A stretch of DNA of 64,000 nt. It comes from an uncultured Desulfobacteraceae bacterium (GTDB lineage: Bacteria; Desulfobacterota; Desulfobacteria; Desulfobacterales; UBA11574). The stretch covers positions 7,266 through 71,265 of the forward strand of contig CAYPIW010000033.1 of NCBI GenBank assembly GCA_964410925.1, given 5' to 3'. This document shows, one piece after another, positions 19,141-27,632 of this stretch. The notes beneath the pieces are model-generated. The model saw only the letters and a list, made by a program, of their open reading frames with translations. It searched no databases and was not told where the DNA came from. The first letter of the stretch is position 1. The number at the start of each line of letters is the position of its first letter. A program made the position numbers and the translations under genes.

Positions 19141-19633
19141 TTGCCCGAAACAACACCTCCATACAACAGTGGAATAACAAAAACATATTTAGCTTTTATA
19201 AAAAAGACTTATCCTGATTTAGATATAGATTCTATTATAAATTATTCGGGAATGACCAAATATGAGGTAGAGGATCCGGCCCATTGGTTTACACAGGATC
19301 AAACGGATTGCTTTCAACAAATTCTGATTAAAAAAACCGGCAACCCGAATATTGCCAGGGAAGCAGGTCTCTACCTTATGTCATATGAAGGATTGGGTCC
19401 CGGGAAAAAATATAAGGCTTAAAAATATTTTCTGTAACATAATGAAAGAAATGGAAAAAAAATTCGACTTTGACCCCTATGTAGGAATAAAACTCTATTC
19501 TTTTCTTTATGACCCGGGCTACCAGGATATCGATGTGAGCCTGGCCCCCCACCACCTGATTTTTGGAGAGCTGGAAGAAATTGACGATTTCAACTGGACT
19601 AAAAAGCTTGAAGTTGCAGTGAAAAAGAATTGA
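19141..19633 (+). pseudogene. Juxtaposed gene remnants: an N-terminal fragment of a sensor-like protein joined out of frame to the C-terminal tail of a class-I SAM methyltransferase
   Basis: Two overlapping 93-aa ORFs in different frames. The second ends ...DPYVGIKLYSFLYDPGYQDIDVSLAPHHLIFGELEEIDDFNWTKKLEV, a typical methyltransferase C-terminus with no catalytic N-terminal half. Confidence 0.4.
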
Positions 19634-19868
19634 TTGCATTTGTAAAGATGACATTTTAGCCCTTTTTCATAAGGGCATTTTTTTTGTTATAAACATTTTG
19701 ATAATAATAAGATCATTTTGTTTGATTGTTTTTAGTCAATTTTGATAGACTCTTAAAAATTCATTTTGCGGATGATATTGGGTTTTCGAAGTTCGCTGCC
19801 GGCAAGATGAACCCGGGAATAAAATTTCATTAAAGAGGAACGTTTTTAAAAAGTTTCATAATGGAGTT

Positions 19869-21323
19869 GTGGAACAACGGAGGTATGTTCTGAGATATTC
19901 GAACAGGTTTTGGAAATTTTTCGTATCTGTAAAACTGACCGTAGTGCTGTTATTGTCATTAGCAGTCACCTCGATTGTCGGAACGGTTATTCCTCAGAAC
20001 GAAAATCCCACGGCATATTTTCGTGACTACGGAGAATCTGTTTACAAGCTTTTTAATCTCCTTGGCATCTTTGACATGTACCATTCCTGGTGGTTTCAGT
20101 TTTTGATTCTTTTACTGACCATAAATATTGTTGTCTGTTCAATAGATCGCCTGTCTGCCACATGGAAGACAATATTTGTTAAACATCCTTTGTTTAATCT
20201 GTCACGGTTCAGAACCCTTTCTCAAAAAGAGGTATTTACCGGCAAACAAAGTCCCGTAGAATTGAGCACTGTCTATGAGAAGGCGATTTCCGGACAGTTC
20301 GGATACACCCGTGTAGAAGAAACCGATAAAGGGGTGTGCATTTTTGCCGAGAAATGGCGATGGACCCGTTTCGGGGTTTACATCGTACATTTTAGTGTCA
20401 TCCTGTTGTTGCTCGGCGGACTGATGGGTTCTCTTTTCGGTTTTGAAGGATTTGCCATAATTCCGGAAAATGAGAAGATTGACAGCATCCGGATTAGAAA
20501 TACCGACCAGATCCGGCCCCTGGGTTTTGAAGTGTTATGCGATGATTTTGACATCAGTTTTTATGATAACGGAACGCCCAAAGAATACCGATCGAGTTTA
20601 ACCATTATCGAACACGGCAAGCCGGTATACAAAAAAGATATTATCGTTAACGATCCCTTGCGGTATAAGGGCATTAATATATTTCAGTCCAGCTACGGCA
20701 AAATGCCCTCAGGTGCCCTTCAAAAAGAAAAAAATCATGAAAAAAATCCTTCGGAAAACATCACACTGAATGTTGTGGGTAAAGAATCAGGGAACACATA
20801 TAAAATAAAGGCCGATATCGGTAAACCGGTGGATCTTCCTGAAGGTCTGGGAAAATTTGTTCTTGTTGAATATCGAAAATCAGCAGAATTCGGCGGTCAA
20901 AACATCGGCCAGGCATACCTGGGAATTCTGACGCCCAAAGACAAAGATCCTGTCAACGTCATACTTCCGTTACATTTCCCGAATTTTGACAGGATGAGAA
21001 GGGGTGCCGTGGTTATTTCAGTGGCAGATCAGGAGACAAAAACATTTAACCCCGGTAAAGAATCAGATCAGAGGTATTACACGGGTCTCCAGATCACAAA
21101 AGATCCCGGGGTCTGGGTGGTTTATATAGGATTTATAGGGATGATTATAGGAATTTTCATCACGTTTTTCATGTCCCATCAAAGGATGTGCATCGAAATG
21201 GTTAAAATCGGCAACCAAAGCCAAGTCATAATTACCGGCACGGCCAATAAAAACAAACTGGCAATGCAAAACAGAGTAAAGAAGATTTCAGAAAAACTTA
21301 TTAATTTACAGCAGGGTTTATAA
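19869..21323 (+). CDS. resB: System II cytochrome c biogenesis protein ResB/Ccs1
   Basis: N-terminal FWKFFVSVKLTVVLLLSLAVTSIVGTVIPQ, a large periplasmic loop, a C-terminal TM with YTGLQITKDPG, and a 1-nt junction with ccsA. GTG start. Confidence 0.9.
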   Translation: MEQRRYVLRYSNRFWKFFVSVKLTVVLLLSLAVTSIVGTVIPQNENPTAYFRDYGESVYKLFNLLGIFDMYHSWWFQFLILLLTINIVVCSIDRLSATWKTIFVKHPLFNLSRFRTLSQKEVFTGKQSPVELSTVYEKAISGQFGYTRVEETDKGVCIFAEKWRWTRFGVYIVHFSVILLLLGGLMGSLFGFEGFAIIPENEKIDSIRIRNTDQIRPLGFEVLCDDFDISFYDNGTPKEYRSSLTIIEHGKPVYKKDIIVNDPLRYKGINIFQSSYGKMPSGALQKEKNHEKNPSENITLNVVGKESGNTYKIKADIGKPVDLPEGLGKFVLVEYRKSAEFGGQNIGQAYLGILTPKDKDPVNVILPLHFPNFDRMRRGAVVISVADQETKTFNPGKESDQRYYTGLQITKDPGVWVVYIGFIGMIIGIFITFFMSHQRMCIEMVKIGNQSQVIITGTANKNKLAMQNRVKKISEKLINLQQGL

Positions 21324-22162
21324 TGAACAGTTCGGTCTTACTATCCATCACGACATTTGCTTACGGTCTGGCCACATTTTTTTATTTTGCATTTTTGATT
21401 TTCAAGAAACCCCTTCTGGGCAGGCTGGGCACCTGGACCGCATTAACCGGAGTTGCTGTGAACGCGGCAGGCATTATCTTACGATGGGTGGAATCATACC
21501 GCCTCGGCATCGGTCATGCGCCGCTTTCGAACATGTATGAGTCTTTGGTCTTTTTTTCCTGTACCATTGGAATTATTTATCTTGTCATCGAACGCAAGTA
21601 TAAAACCAGCGTCATCGGAGCCGTTGCCACTCCTCTCGCCTTTCTTGCCATGGCCTATGCTTCCCTGTCTCCCAATATCAATGATCGTATTCAGCCGCTG
21701 ATTCCGGCATTGAAAAGCAACTGGCTGATCGCCCATGTTGTCACGTGTTTTTTAGGGTATGCCGCCTTCGCAATAGCGTTTGGCATAAGCATTATATATC
21801 TTTTTAAGCAAAGAGATGCAGAGGGTCAAAGCAATTTTCTCTCTCATTTTCCAAGGTCTCTTGTTTTGGATGAGTTGACGCATCAGATGGTCATGTTCGG
21901 ATTTCTTTTTTTGTCTATCGGCATCATTACCGGAGCTGTCTGGGCCAACTCGGCCTGGGGGAGTTACTGGTCCTGGGATCCCAAGGAAACCTGGTCTTTG
22001 ATAACCTGGTTTGTTTATGCAACATTTCTGCATGCCAGGATGATGCGGGGGTGGTCCGGCAAAAGAATCGCCTATCTTTCAATCATAGGGTTTATGGCGG
22101 TGATCTTCACCTATTTCGGAGTGAATCTGTTGCCTGGCCTCCACAGTTACGGTTTGGGATAA
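21323..22162 (+). CDS. ccsA: Cytochrome c biogenesis heme-handling protein CcsA/ResC
   Basis: WWD motif WGSYWSWDPKETWSLITW and a multi-TM profile. Confidence 0.92.
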   Translation: MNSSVLLSITTFAYGLATFFYFAFLIFKKPLLGRLGTWTALTGVAVNAAGIILRWVESYRLGIGHAPLSNMYESLVFFSCTIGIIYLVIERKYKTSVIGAVATPLAFLAMAYASLSPNINDRIQPLIPALKSNWLIAHVVTCFLGYAAFAIAFGISIIYLFKQRDAEGQSNFLSHFPRSLVLDELTHQMVMFGFLFLSIGIITGAVWANSAWGSYWSWDPKETWSLITWFVYATFLHARMMRGWSGKRIAYLSIIGFMAVIFTYFGVNLLPGLHSYGLG

Positions 22163-22179
22163 AAAATAGGAGGCTATTT

Positions 22180-23079
22180 ATGAAAATATTTATTACCGGT
22201 GGATCCGGCTTTGTGGGCACAAACCTGGCATTTTATCTGCTCGAGAAGGGGCACCGCGTTATTGCTGTCGGCACCTCTTCAGCCCATAACACAATTCAGC
22301 ATGATAAGTTTTATTACATCTCGGCGGATAGTACGATTAAAGGAGACTGGCAGGATGCGCTCAAAGATGTTGATGCAGTGATCAATCTTGCGGGGAAAAA
22401 CATTTTTAAGCGGTGGAGCGACACCTATAAGGATCAAATATATAACAGCCGTATTCTGACCACGCGTAATCTGGTTGAGGCCATTGCCAGCCAGAAAGAT
22501 ATAATATTTTGCAGCACTTCTGCTGTTGGATATTATGGTGACCGGGCAGATGAAGTTTTAAAGGAAGATGCTCCGCCCGGAAATGATTTTGCTGCGAAAG
22601 TTTGCAGGGACTGGGAAAAGGAAGCTTTCCAAGCGGAAACAAAAGGAGTCCGGGTCGCTGCGATGCGTTTTGGTGTGGTTCTCGGAAAGAACGGAGGCGC
22701 CCTTTCAAAGATGCTTCCGGCGTTTAAATCTTTTGCCGGCGGCCCCCTTGGAAGCGGTCTGCAATGGTTTCCATGGATTCATATGGATGATCTTATTGCC
22801 GCGATTATTTTTATATTTGAAAATCCGGATCTAAAAGGCCCGGTAAATTTCTGTTCACCGAATCCTGTTAGACACCGTGATTTCGCCGGCGCCCTTGGCC
22901 GGGTACTGAACAGACCGTCTGTTATGAAAACTCCAGCCTTTATGATCCGGTTGATAATGGGAGAAATGGGGAAATCTCTGATGAGCAGCCAGCGGGCAAT
23001 CCCTGATAAACTTTTAAAACAGGGGTTTAAGTTTCAATATCCTGACATTAACACTGCTCTCTATAACCTCTTGCTCTGA
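22180..23079 (+). CDS. TIGR01777-family NAD-dependent epimerase (SDR39U1-like, DUF1731 C-terminus)
   Basis: MKIFITGGSGFVGTNL Rossmann motif. RBS TAGGAGG precedes the ATG at 22180. C-terminal GFKFQYPDINTAL. Confidence 0.85.
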   Translation: MKIFITGGSGFVGTNLAFYLLEKGHRVIAVGTSSAHNTIQHDKFYYISADSTIKGDWQDALKDVDAVINLAGKNIFKRWSDTYKDQIYNSRILTTRNLVEAIASQKDIIFCSTSAVGYYGDRADEVLKEDAPPGNDFAAKVCRDWEKEAFQAETKGVRVAAMRFGVVLGKNGGALSKMLPAFKSFAGGPLGSGLQWFPWIHMDDLIAAIIFIFENPDLKGPVNFCSPNPVRHRDFAGALGRVLNRPSVMKTPAFMIRLIMGEMGKSLMSSQRAIPDKLLKQGFKFQYPDINTALYNLLL

Positions 23080-23597
23080 TTTGGAATTTTTGATTTGTTT
23101 TTTCCGGCTTGCTCGGGTCGGGGTTCAGATAGAAAGTCGATAAGGCCCGAAACTGCATCCTCAATATCCAGAAAGCAAAACCGGTATGCATCGTACTTAA
23201 GCCCGTACGGATCGGCAACGCCCCGTCTCTTTGAACCATAACGGGCAAAGTGCCTGATTAACCGGGTTTTGTCTCTTGCTTCCGGAAAGTCGGTCACAAG
23301 CGTATCCTTGTGAGATTTCTCCATTACCAGAATGAGACTGGACCATGCCACAAGTTCTTTGGATATGGTTTTGGCCTTGTGATCGGAAAGCTCTACACCG
23401 AATTCTTCAGCAACGCGTTGCGCCATATAGGTAGCCGAATTGCCCGGAAGCGCAAGCAATCCCGCAGATTCAACGGCAATACCCCGGAGTTGATTTTGAT
23501 TCACCAACTTTTTAAAAAAGGCATGCGCAAAAGGGCTGCGACAAATATTGCCGGTGCATAGAAACAGAATATTAGCTGTTTTTATATTCATGTTCAA
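23061..23597 (-). CDS. Low-molecular-weight protein-tyrosine phosphatase
   Basis: P-loop LFLCTGNICRSP and a DPYG Asp loop. Confidence 0.88.
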   Translation of the reverse strand: MNMNIKTANILFLCTGNICRSPFAHAFFKKLVNQNQLRGIAVESAGLLALPGNSATYMAQRVAEEFGVELSDHKAKTISKELVAWSSLILVMEKSHKDTLVTDFPEARDKTRLIRHFARYGSKRRGVADPYGLKYDAYRFCFLDIEDAVSGLIDFLSEPRPEQAGKNKSKIPNQSKRL

Positions 23598-23619
23598 GAA
23601 TCCTAAAAGGGTTGAGGTT

Positions 23620-23807
23620 GGGTGTAAATCAAGACTGTTGTTTGCTAAGATTGCAATGGCTATTTGGTTTCAGGTTTCAGGTGTCAAGTGTCAGCTAATT
23701 CGTTTCTTACTCCTGACACCTGACACCTGAAACCTGAAAAAAGCTTCGGAGCAACAATTTGTCAATAGAAAGGCATCAGCGTTTACCAACGGTCTTGATT
23801 TCCACCC
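23620..23807. mobile_element. MITE family B, copy 1 (TIR GGGTGTAAATCAAGAC), carrying a nested GGTGTCAGG/GGTTTCAGG hairpin module
   Basis: Terminal inverted repeats gggtgtaaatcaagac / gtcttgatttccaccc. Flanking direct repeat GTTGAGGT at 23611-23618 and 23808-23815. The arms are homologous to the copy at 29470-29582. Confidence 0.6.
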
Positions 23808-23852
23808 GTTGAGGTGTGGGTTGACCAATGATAAATGTCCCGGTCAGGCGGA

Positions 23853-24683
23853 CTATTCGTTTCCGGTAAGATAATTTTCACCCAAAGATCCGTATACAAC
23901 GGGGAGCGAATCCATGTCCGGAGGCTTGAATCCAAAGATGGTTTCAAGAAAAACCATTGTAATGCGAAAGGTTGCGCCCCAAAGCACTTCGTATTCCCCC
24001 TGATATTCATGGACAAAACAGGGATATTCTTTCATGTTTGGATCTTTCCCGTTTTTTCGGGGTGATTCAATATCTAATCGATACCGTGCATAAGCGGAAG
24101 GGTTCAACAGATTCTGGAGGGGAATATAAACCACCCGTTCCACTTCCCAGTTCGGGAAAAACCGCTTTTGACGTCCGGTCCAGCAAACCATTGGATAAAT
24201 CACCTTGCGGAACATAACAAGTTGCTGGGACGGCAGAGGTCCCAGAAACTTCACTCCCAGAGGGTTTAACCGTATTTCCTCAAAGCCCTCCCGCAAACAG
24301 GTGGCAAAAAGAATCGCCAGACGTCGTGCCTCCCTGCGCCGCTTTTTACGCCATAGTGACCAGTAAGGCCAGCGGTATAAAGGAGAACCCCGCACATATA
24401 AAAGCTTTGCAAGATAAAAATCCCGACCCGAAGAGATGCTTCCCCCCGGACAGCAAAGGTCTCCCGATTGTTTTACCTTTAAGGATCGTTTGGTTAAGAT
24501 CAGACAGGGCGTTAAAGAAAATCTTTTTCCCCGGCAATCCGGACCGAGAAGAAACAGCACCGAAGAAGTGACAGATGAAACTGTAATCCCTTTCGAAAAA
24601 ACCATATTATTCTGGTTTCTTTCTTGAAGCGCGTACATAATCTTTTTAATAAATGCTAAAGTAGTCCCGAAAGAATCCGGCAT
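23853..24683 (-). CDS. Nudix hydrolase, CoA-pyrophosphatase-like
   Basis: LILTKRSLKVKQSGDLCCPGG plus the Nudix-box-like REGFEEIRL. Confidence 0.6.
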   Translation of the reverse strand: MPDSFGTTLAFIKKIMYALQERNQNNMVFSKGITVSSVTSSVLFLLGPDCRGKRFSLTPCLILTKRSLKVKQSGDLCCPGGSISSGRDFYLAKLLYVRGSPLYRWPYWSLWRKKRRREARRLAILFATCLREGFEEIRLNPLGVKFLGPLPSQQLVMFRKVIYPMVCWTGRQKRFFPNWEVERVVYIPLQNLLNPSAYARYRLDIESPRKNGKDPNMKEYPCFVHEYQGEYEVLWGATFRITMVFLETIFGFKPPDMDSLPVVYGSLGENYLTGNE

Positions 24684-24888
24684 TTCATTAACTCTTATAT
24701 TTAATTAAGCATTTTTCTTGCCGCAAAAACACAAAATTTACAACTAAGCAGATAATCTTCACCAAAACAGTCAGAAAATACCGATTATAACCCGTTTGTC
24801 TAATTCATCGTTGAACTTTTTGCAAGTTTGCGTTAAGGATTCTCGAAAAAATAAGAGATAGCCGGCTTGTCCAGGTTGGGAGGTAAAA

Positions 24889-26073
24889 ATGCATGGAAAA
24901 CTGTCCGCCGAGTTTTACAATTGGCTTGTAGAGTTGCGTCGCTGGTTTCACCGGTTCCCGGAACTCGCTTATAAGGAAAAGAAAACCTCCGCCAAAATTT
25001 GCGAAGTTCTCGAGGGATTCAACGTTCCTTTCCAAAAAGGTATCGGAGGGACTGGCGTGGTCGCAAAAGTCAGCGCAAATCAACCCGGGCCTCTGGTGGC
25101 CTTTCGGGCGGATATGGATGCCCTTCCTCTGGAGGAACTCAACGATATCCCATACAAATCGCAGCATAAGGGATTCATGCATGCCTGCGGCCATGACGGG
25201 CATACCACCATTGCTCTCGGTGTGATACGATGGCTCATGGAAAACTCATGGCGTCAGAACGGTTCCGGTGAAATTCTCTTCATCTTCCAACCCGCCGAAG
25301 AAGGCGGAGCCGGTGCTAGGGCCATGCTGGACACCGGCATTTTCGACTCGGAACCGGTGGAAGCAGCTTTTGCCGGGCATATGTATCCGGAATTTGCTGT
25401 GGGACATATCGGAATAGCTACTAAAGTCAGTAATGCGGCCGCTGACACACTCTTTATTCGATTAAAAGGAAAAGGCGGCCACGGCGCTCATCCGCATCAT
25501 TGCAAAGACCCCATTGTAGCGGGAGCCCATCTTATTACACAATTACAGTTTCTTATCAGCCGGGAGATTCCACCCCAGGAAAGTGCAGTCCTGTCCATCG
25601 GACGTTTTCAGGCCGGAACGGCCTCAAATATCATACCGGAAGACGCCGTGCTGGAAGGAACCCTCAGAACCCTGCAGCCGGACATTCGCAAACAGATCAT
25701 AAAACGCCTTGAAGAACTGGTCAAAGGTGTGGCTCAGTCTTGCGGCATCATGGCAACGCTTGAAGTTAAAAAGGGCTATCCCGTGCTAATAAATAATTCC
25801 GAGCTGGTTAAGCATACCGTAGCCTGCGGCCATGAAGTTCTGGGGGCTGACAAAGTCCACATCGGACTTCCCAGAATGGGGGCCGAGGATTTTGCCTATT
25901 TTTGCCAAAAGTGGGGCGGGGTAATGGTAGGACTGGGATGCCACGATCCCCTTAAAGGATTTCAATACGGCCTGCATTCTCCTTATTTCAATATTGACGA
26001 AAGTGCCCTGGAAATAGGAACCCGGCTGTTCGCACATGTTCTGACTCAATATATAGAAAAAAAAAGGGTGTGA
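24889..26073 (+). CDS. M20D-family amidohydrolase (N-acyl-L-amino-acid amidohydrolase / hippurate hydrolase-like)
   Basis: LRRWFHRFPELAYKEKKT, FRADMDALP and HACGHDGH. Confidence 0.9.
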   Translation: MHGKLSAEFYNWLVELRRWFHRFPELAYKEKKTSAKICEVLEGFNVPFQKGIGGTGVVAKVSANQPGPLVAFRADMDALPLEELNDIPYKSQHKGFMHACGHDGHTTIALGVIRWLMENSWRQNGSGEILFIFQPAEEGGAGARAMLDTGIFDSEPVEAAFAGHMYPEFAVGHIGIATKVSNAAADTLFIRLKGKGGHGAHPHHCKDPIVAGAHLITQLQFLISREIPPQESAVLSIGRFQAGTASNIIPEDAVLEGTLRTLQPDIRKQIIKRLEELVKGVAQSCGIMATLEVKKGYPVLINNSELVKHTVACGHEVLGADKVHIGLPRMGAEDFAYFCQKWGGVMVGLGCHDPLKGFQYGLHSPYFNIDESALEIGTRLFAHVLTQYIEKKRV

Positions 26074-26099
26074 TTTCTTCCGGTTCATCCGGGCTGCGG

Positions 26100-27251
26100 T
26101 CAGGGGCCGGAAACCGTTATAATTTTGAAACCTTCGGATAACTCCGCCAGATTTTTATCGCTTACTTTTATACCCAGTCCCGGACCCTTCAAAGGACCGG
26201 CTTCTCCCCCCGGACCCATTGACACATCCTCGACGGTAACGTTTTTTTCCAGCAGAAATTCATCATAAGAACCGTCACAGTATACGGCATCACTGCAAAG
26301 AAGACATAAAATCCTGCCGGCGGCGGAAAGAATGCCGGACTCACCCAGGTGGCATCCGATCTGGAAAGAAATACCGTTGCACCTTAAATACTCGATTACC
26401 TTCAATGAATTTCTGAACCCTCCGCATTTGGACAATCTTACGTTAATCATCTTATAGTAACCCTCTTGGGCAATCTTTTTCATATCATCCAAAGAGCATG
26501 CCGACTCATCGGCCATCAGGACCACACCGGTTTTCTGCATAAGGCCGGCAAAATCTGCGGTTTCCGGGTCATCCGGCCTCATAGGCTGTTCAATAACCTT
26601 AATTCCGTAGTTTTTTATCAAAGATATGTGTTTCAAGGCCAGATCATAATTCCAGACACAGTTTATATCAGCTTTGAGATCGCAATTTTCTCCGAACACC
26701 ATGCGAACCGCTTCGAAAATTTCTTTGTTTTGGGATAAATCTTTACCCAGTTTCAGTTTCACCTTTTTCACTTTCATTTTTTTGATCAGCCGGCATATTT
26801 CAACAATTCTTTGTTTGCCGGCGAGCGGAAGTGCAGCGCCATAATAAACCTTGTTTGTCATAAAATCTTTGGGAAAATAATCTATGAGGTTTCTGTCCTG
26901 GCTTTTGCCTAAAGCATCCAGCAGCGCTGTTTCCAGGGCACAAATAGAAGCATTGTGAGCTTTCCCATGGAAAAGACCGTCAACAAAATTCCATATCTGT
27001 GAAACGTGGTTCAACTCCCATGGAAAATTATCCAGTGCAATAAATCGGGATATAATTCGAGCTGCACTTTCCTGAGATTCTCCGGTTACGAAAGATCTGG
27101 GAGCCCCTTCACCATATCCTTTGATTTTACCCTGTTGGGCAACCACTTGAACAATGATGTTTTTAACTGAATTTCTTTTTCTTAAAGAGTGTGAGAACTC
27201 GGCTGAAAAGGGAAGCAAAACCGGATATACACTTATGTGGTCTATTCTCAT
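26100..27251 (-). CDS. Enolase-superfamily enzyme (mandelate racemase / muconate lactonizing / dipeptide epimerase family)
   Basis: KVKLKLG, IEQP, LMADES and KLSKCGG barrel motifs. Confidence 0.88.
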   Translation of the reverse strand: MRIDHISVYPVLLPFSAEFSHSLRKRNSVKNIIVQVVAQQGKIKGYGEGAPRSFVTGESQESAARIISRFIALDNFPWELNHVSQIWNFVDGLFHGKAHNASICALETALLDALGKSQDRNLIDYFPKDFMTNKVYYGAALPLAGKQRIVEICRLIKKMKVKKVKLKLGKDLSQNKEIFEAVRMVFGENCDLKADINCVWNYDLALKHISLIKNYGIKVIEQPMRPDDPETADFAGLMQKTGVVLMADESACSLDDMKKIAQEGYYKMINVRLSKCGGFRNSLKVIEYLRCNGISFQIGCHLGESGILSAAGRILCLLCSDAVYCDGSYDEFLLEKNVTVEDVSMGPGGEAGPLKGPGLGIKVSDKNLAELSEGFKIITVSGP

Positions 27252-27290
27252 ACAATCGTTTAATCGTTTACTCGTTATATCAATCTTACT

Positions 27291-27589
27291 GGGTGCATTA
27301 CCAGTTTGTTAATTGCTATCCAAGACTTTTTTGGTGTCAGGTGTCAGGTATCACAGCTGCCAGGTGTCAGGTTTCATATGTCAGGGTTAAGGGCAAAAGA
27401 GGTGACCTATAGCAATTATATGGAGGTGGAGGATTTTGAGGTCTATAAAAGGTTGTGACTGAACATACTTCCTGACACCTGAAACCCTACCCCTGAAACC
27501 TGACACCTGAAACCTGATCGCAAGGCTTTCGCTTAAAAAATGAACAAGTTAATGGGTGAAAACCATTTTAACAAATCGGCGATGCTCCC
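27291..27589. repeat. MITE family A-like composite (reverse orientation), with both terminal sequences present but an enlarged interior
   Basis: gggtgcattaccagtttgttaattgctatccaagac at the left end and cgcaaggctttcgcttaaaaaatgaacaagttaatgggtgaaaaccattttaacaaatcggcgatgctcc at the right end. Multiple GGTGTCAGG / CCTGACACC units lie inside. No flanking duplication was found. Confidence 0.55.
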
Positions 27590-27632
27590 GTTCGCCGGGG
27601 TTATGCTGAGAAACGAAGTGCTCACAATACAC

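Noticed and set aside
22051-22179. N-terminal 43-codon extension of the epimerase ORF overlapping the ccsA 3' end
   Set aside because: The ATG at 22180 is preceded by TAGGAGG, and the Rossmann motif starts right after it. The extension is simply read-through of the ccsA tail in another frame.
23548-23730. 60-aa ORF (...GCKSRLLFAKIAMAIWFQVSGVKCQ...), its analogue 29377..29601, and ORFs 27191..27412, 34617..34835 and 34717..34911
   Set aside because: They are entirely encoded by MITE or dispersed-repeat sequence. Similar peptides arise wherever the repeat occurs.
23660-23745. GGTGTCAGG/GGTTTCAGG nonamer arrays (also at 27330-27520, 35960-36035, 51649-51715 and 53000-53040) considered as a possible CRISPR array
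   Set aside because: The units are contiguous nonamers arranged as palindromic arms around a short loop. There are no regularly spaced unique spacers of 25-40 bp and no cas genes, so they are hairpin-type dispersed repeats.
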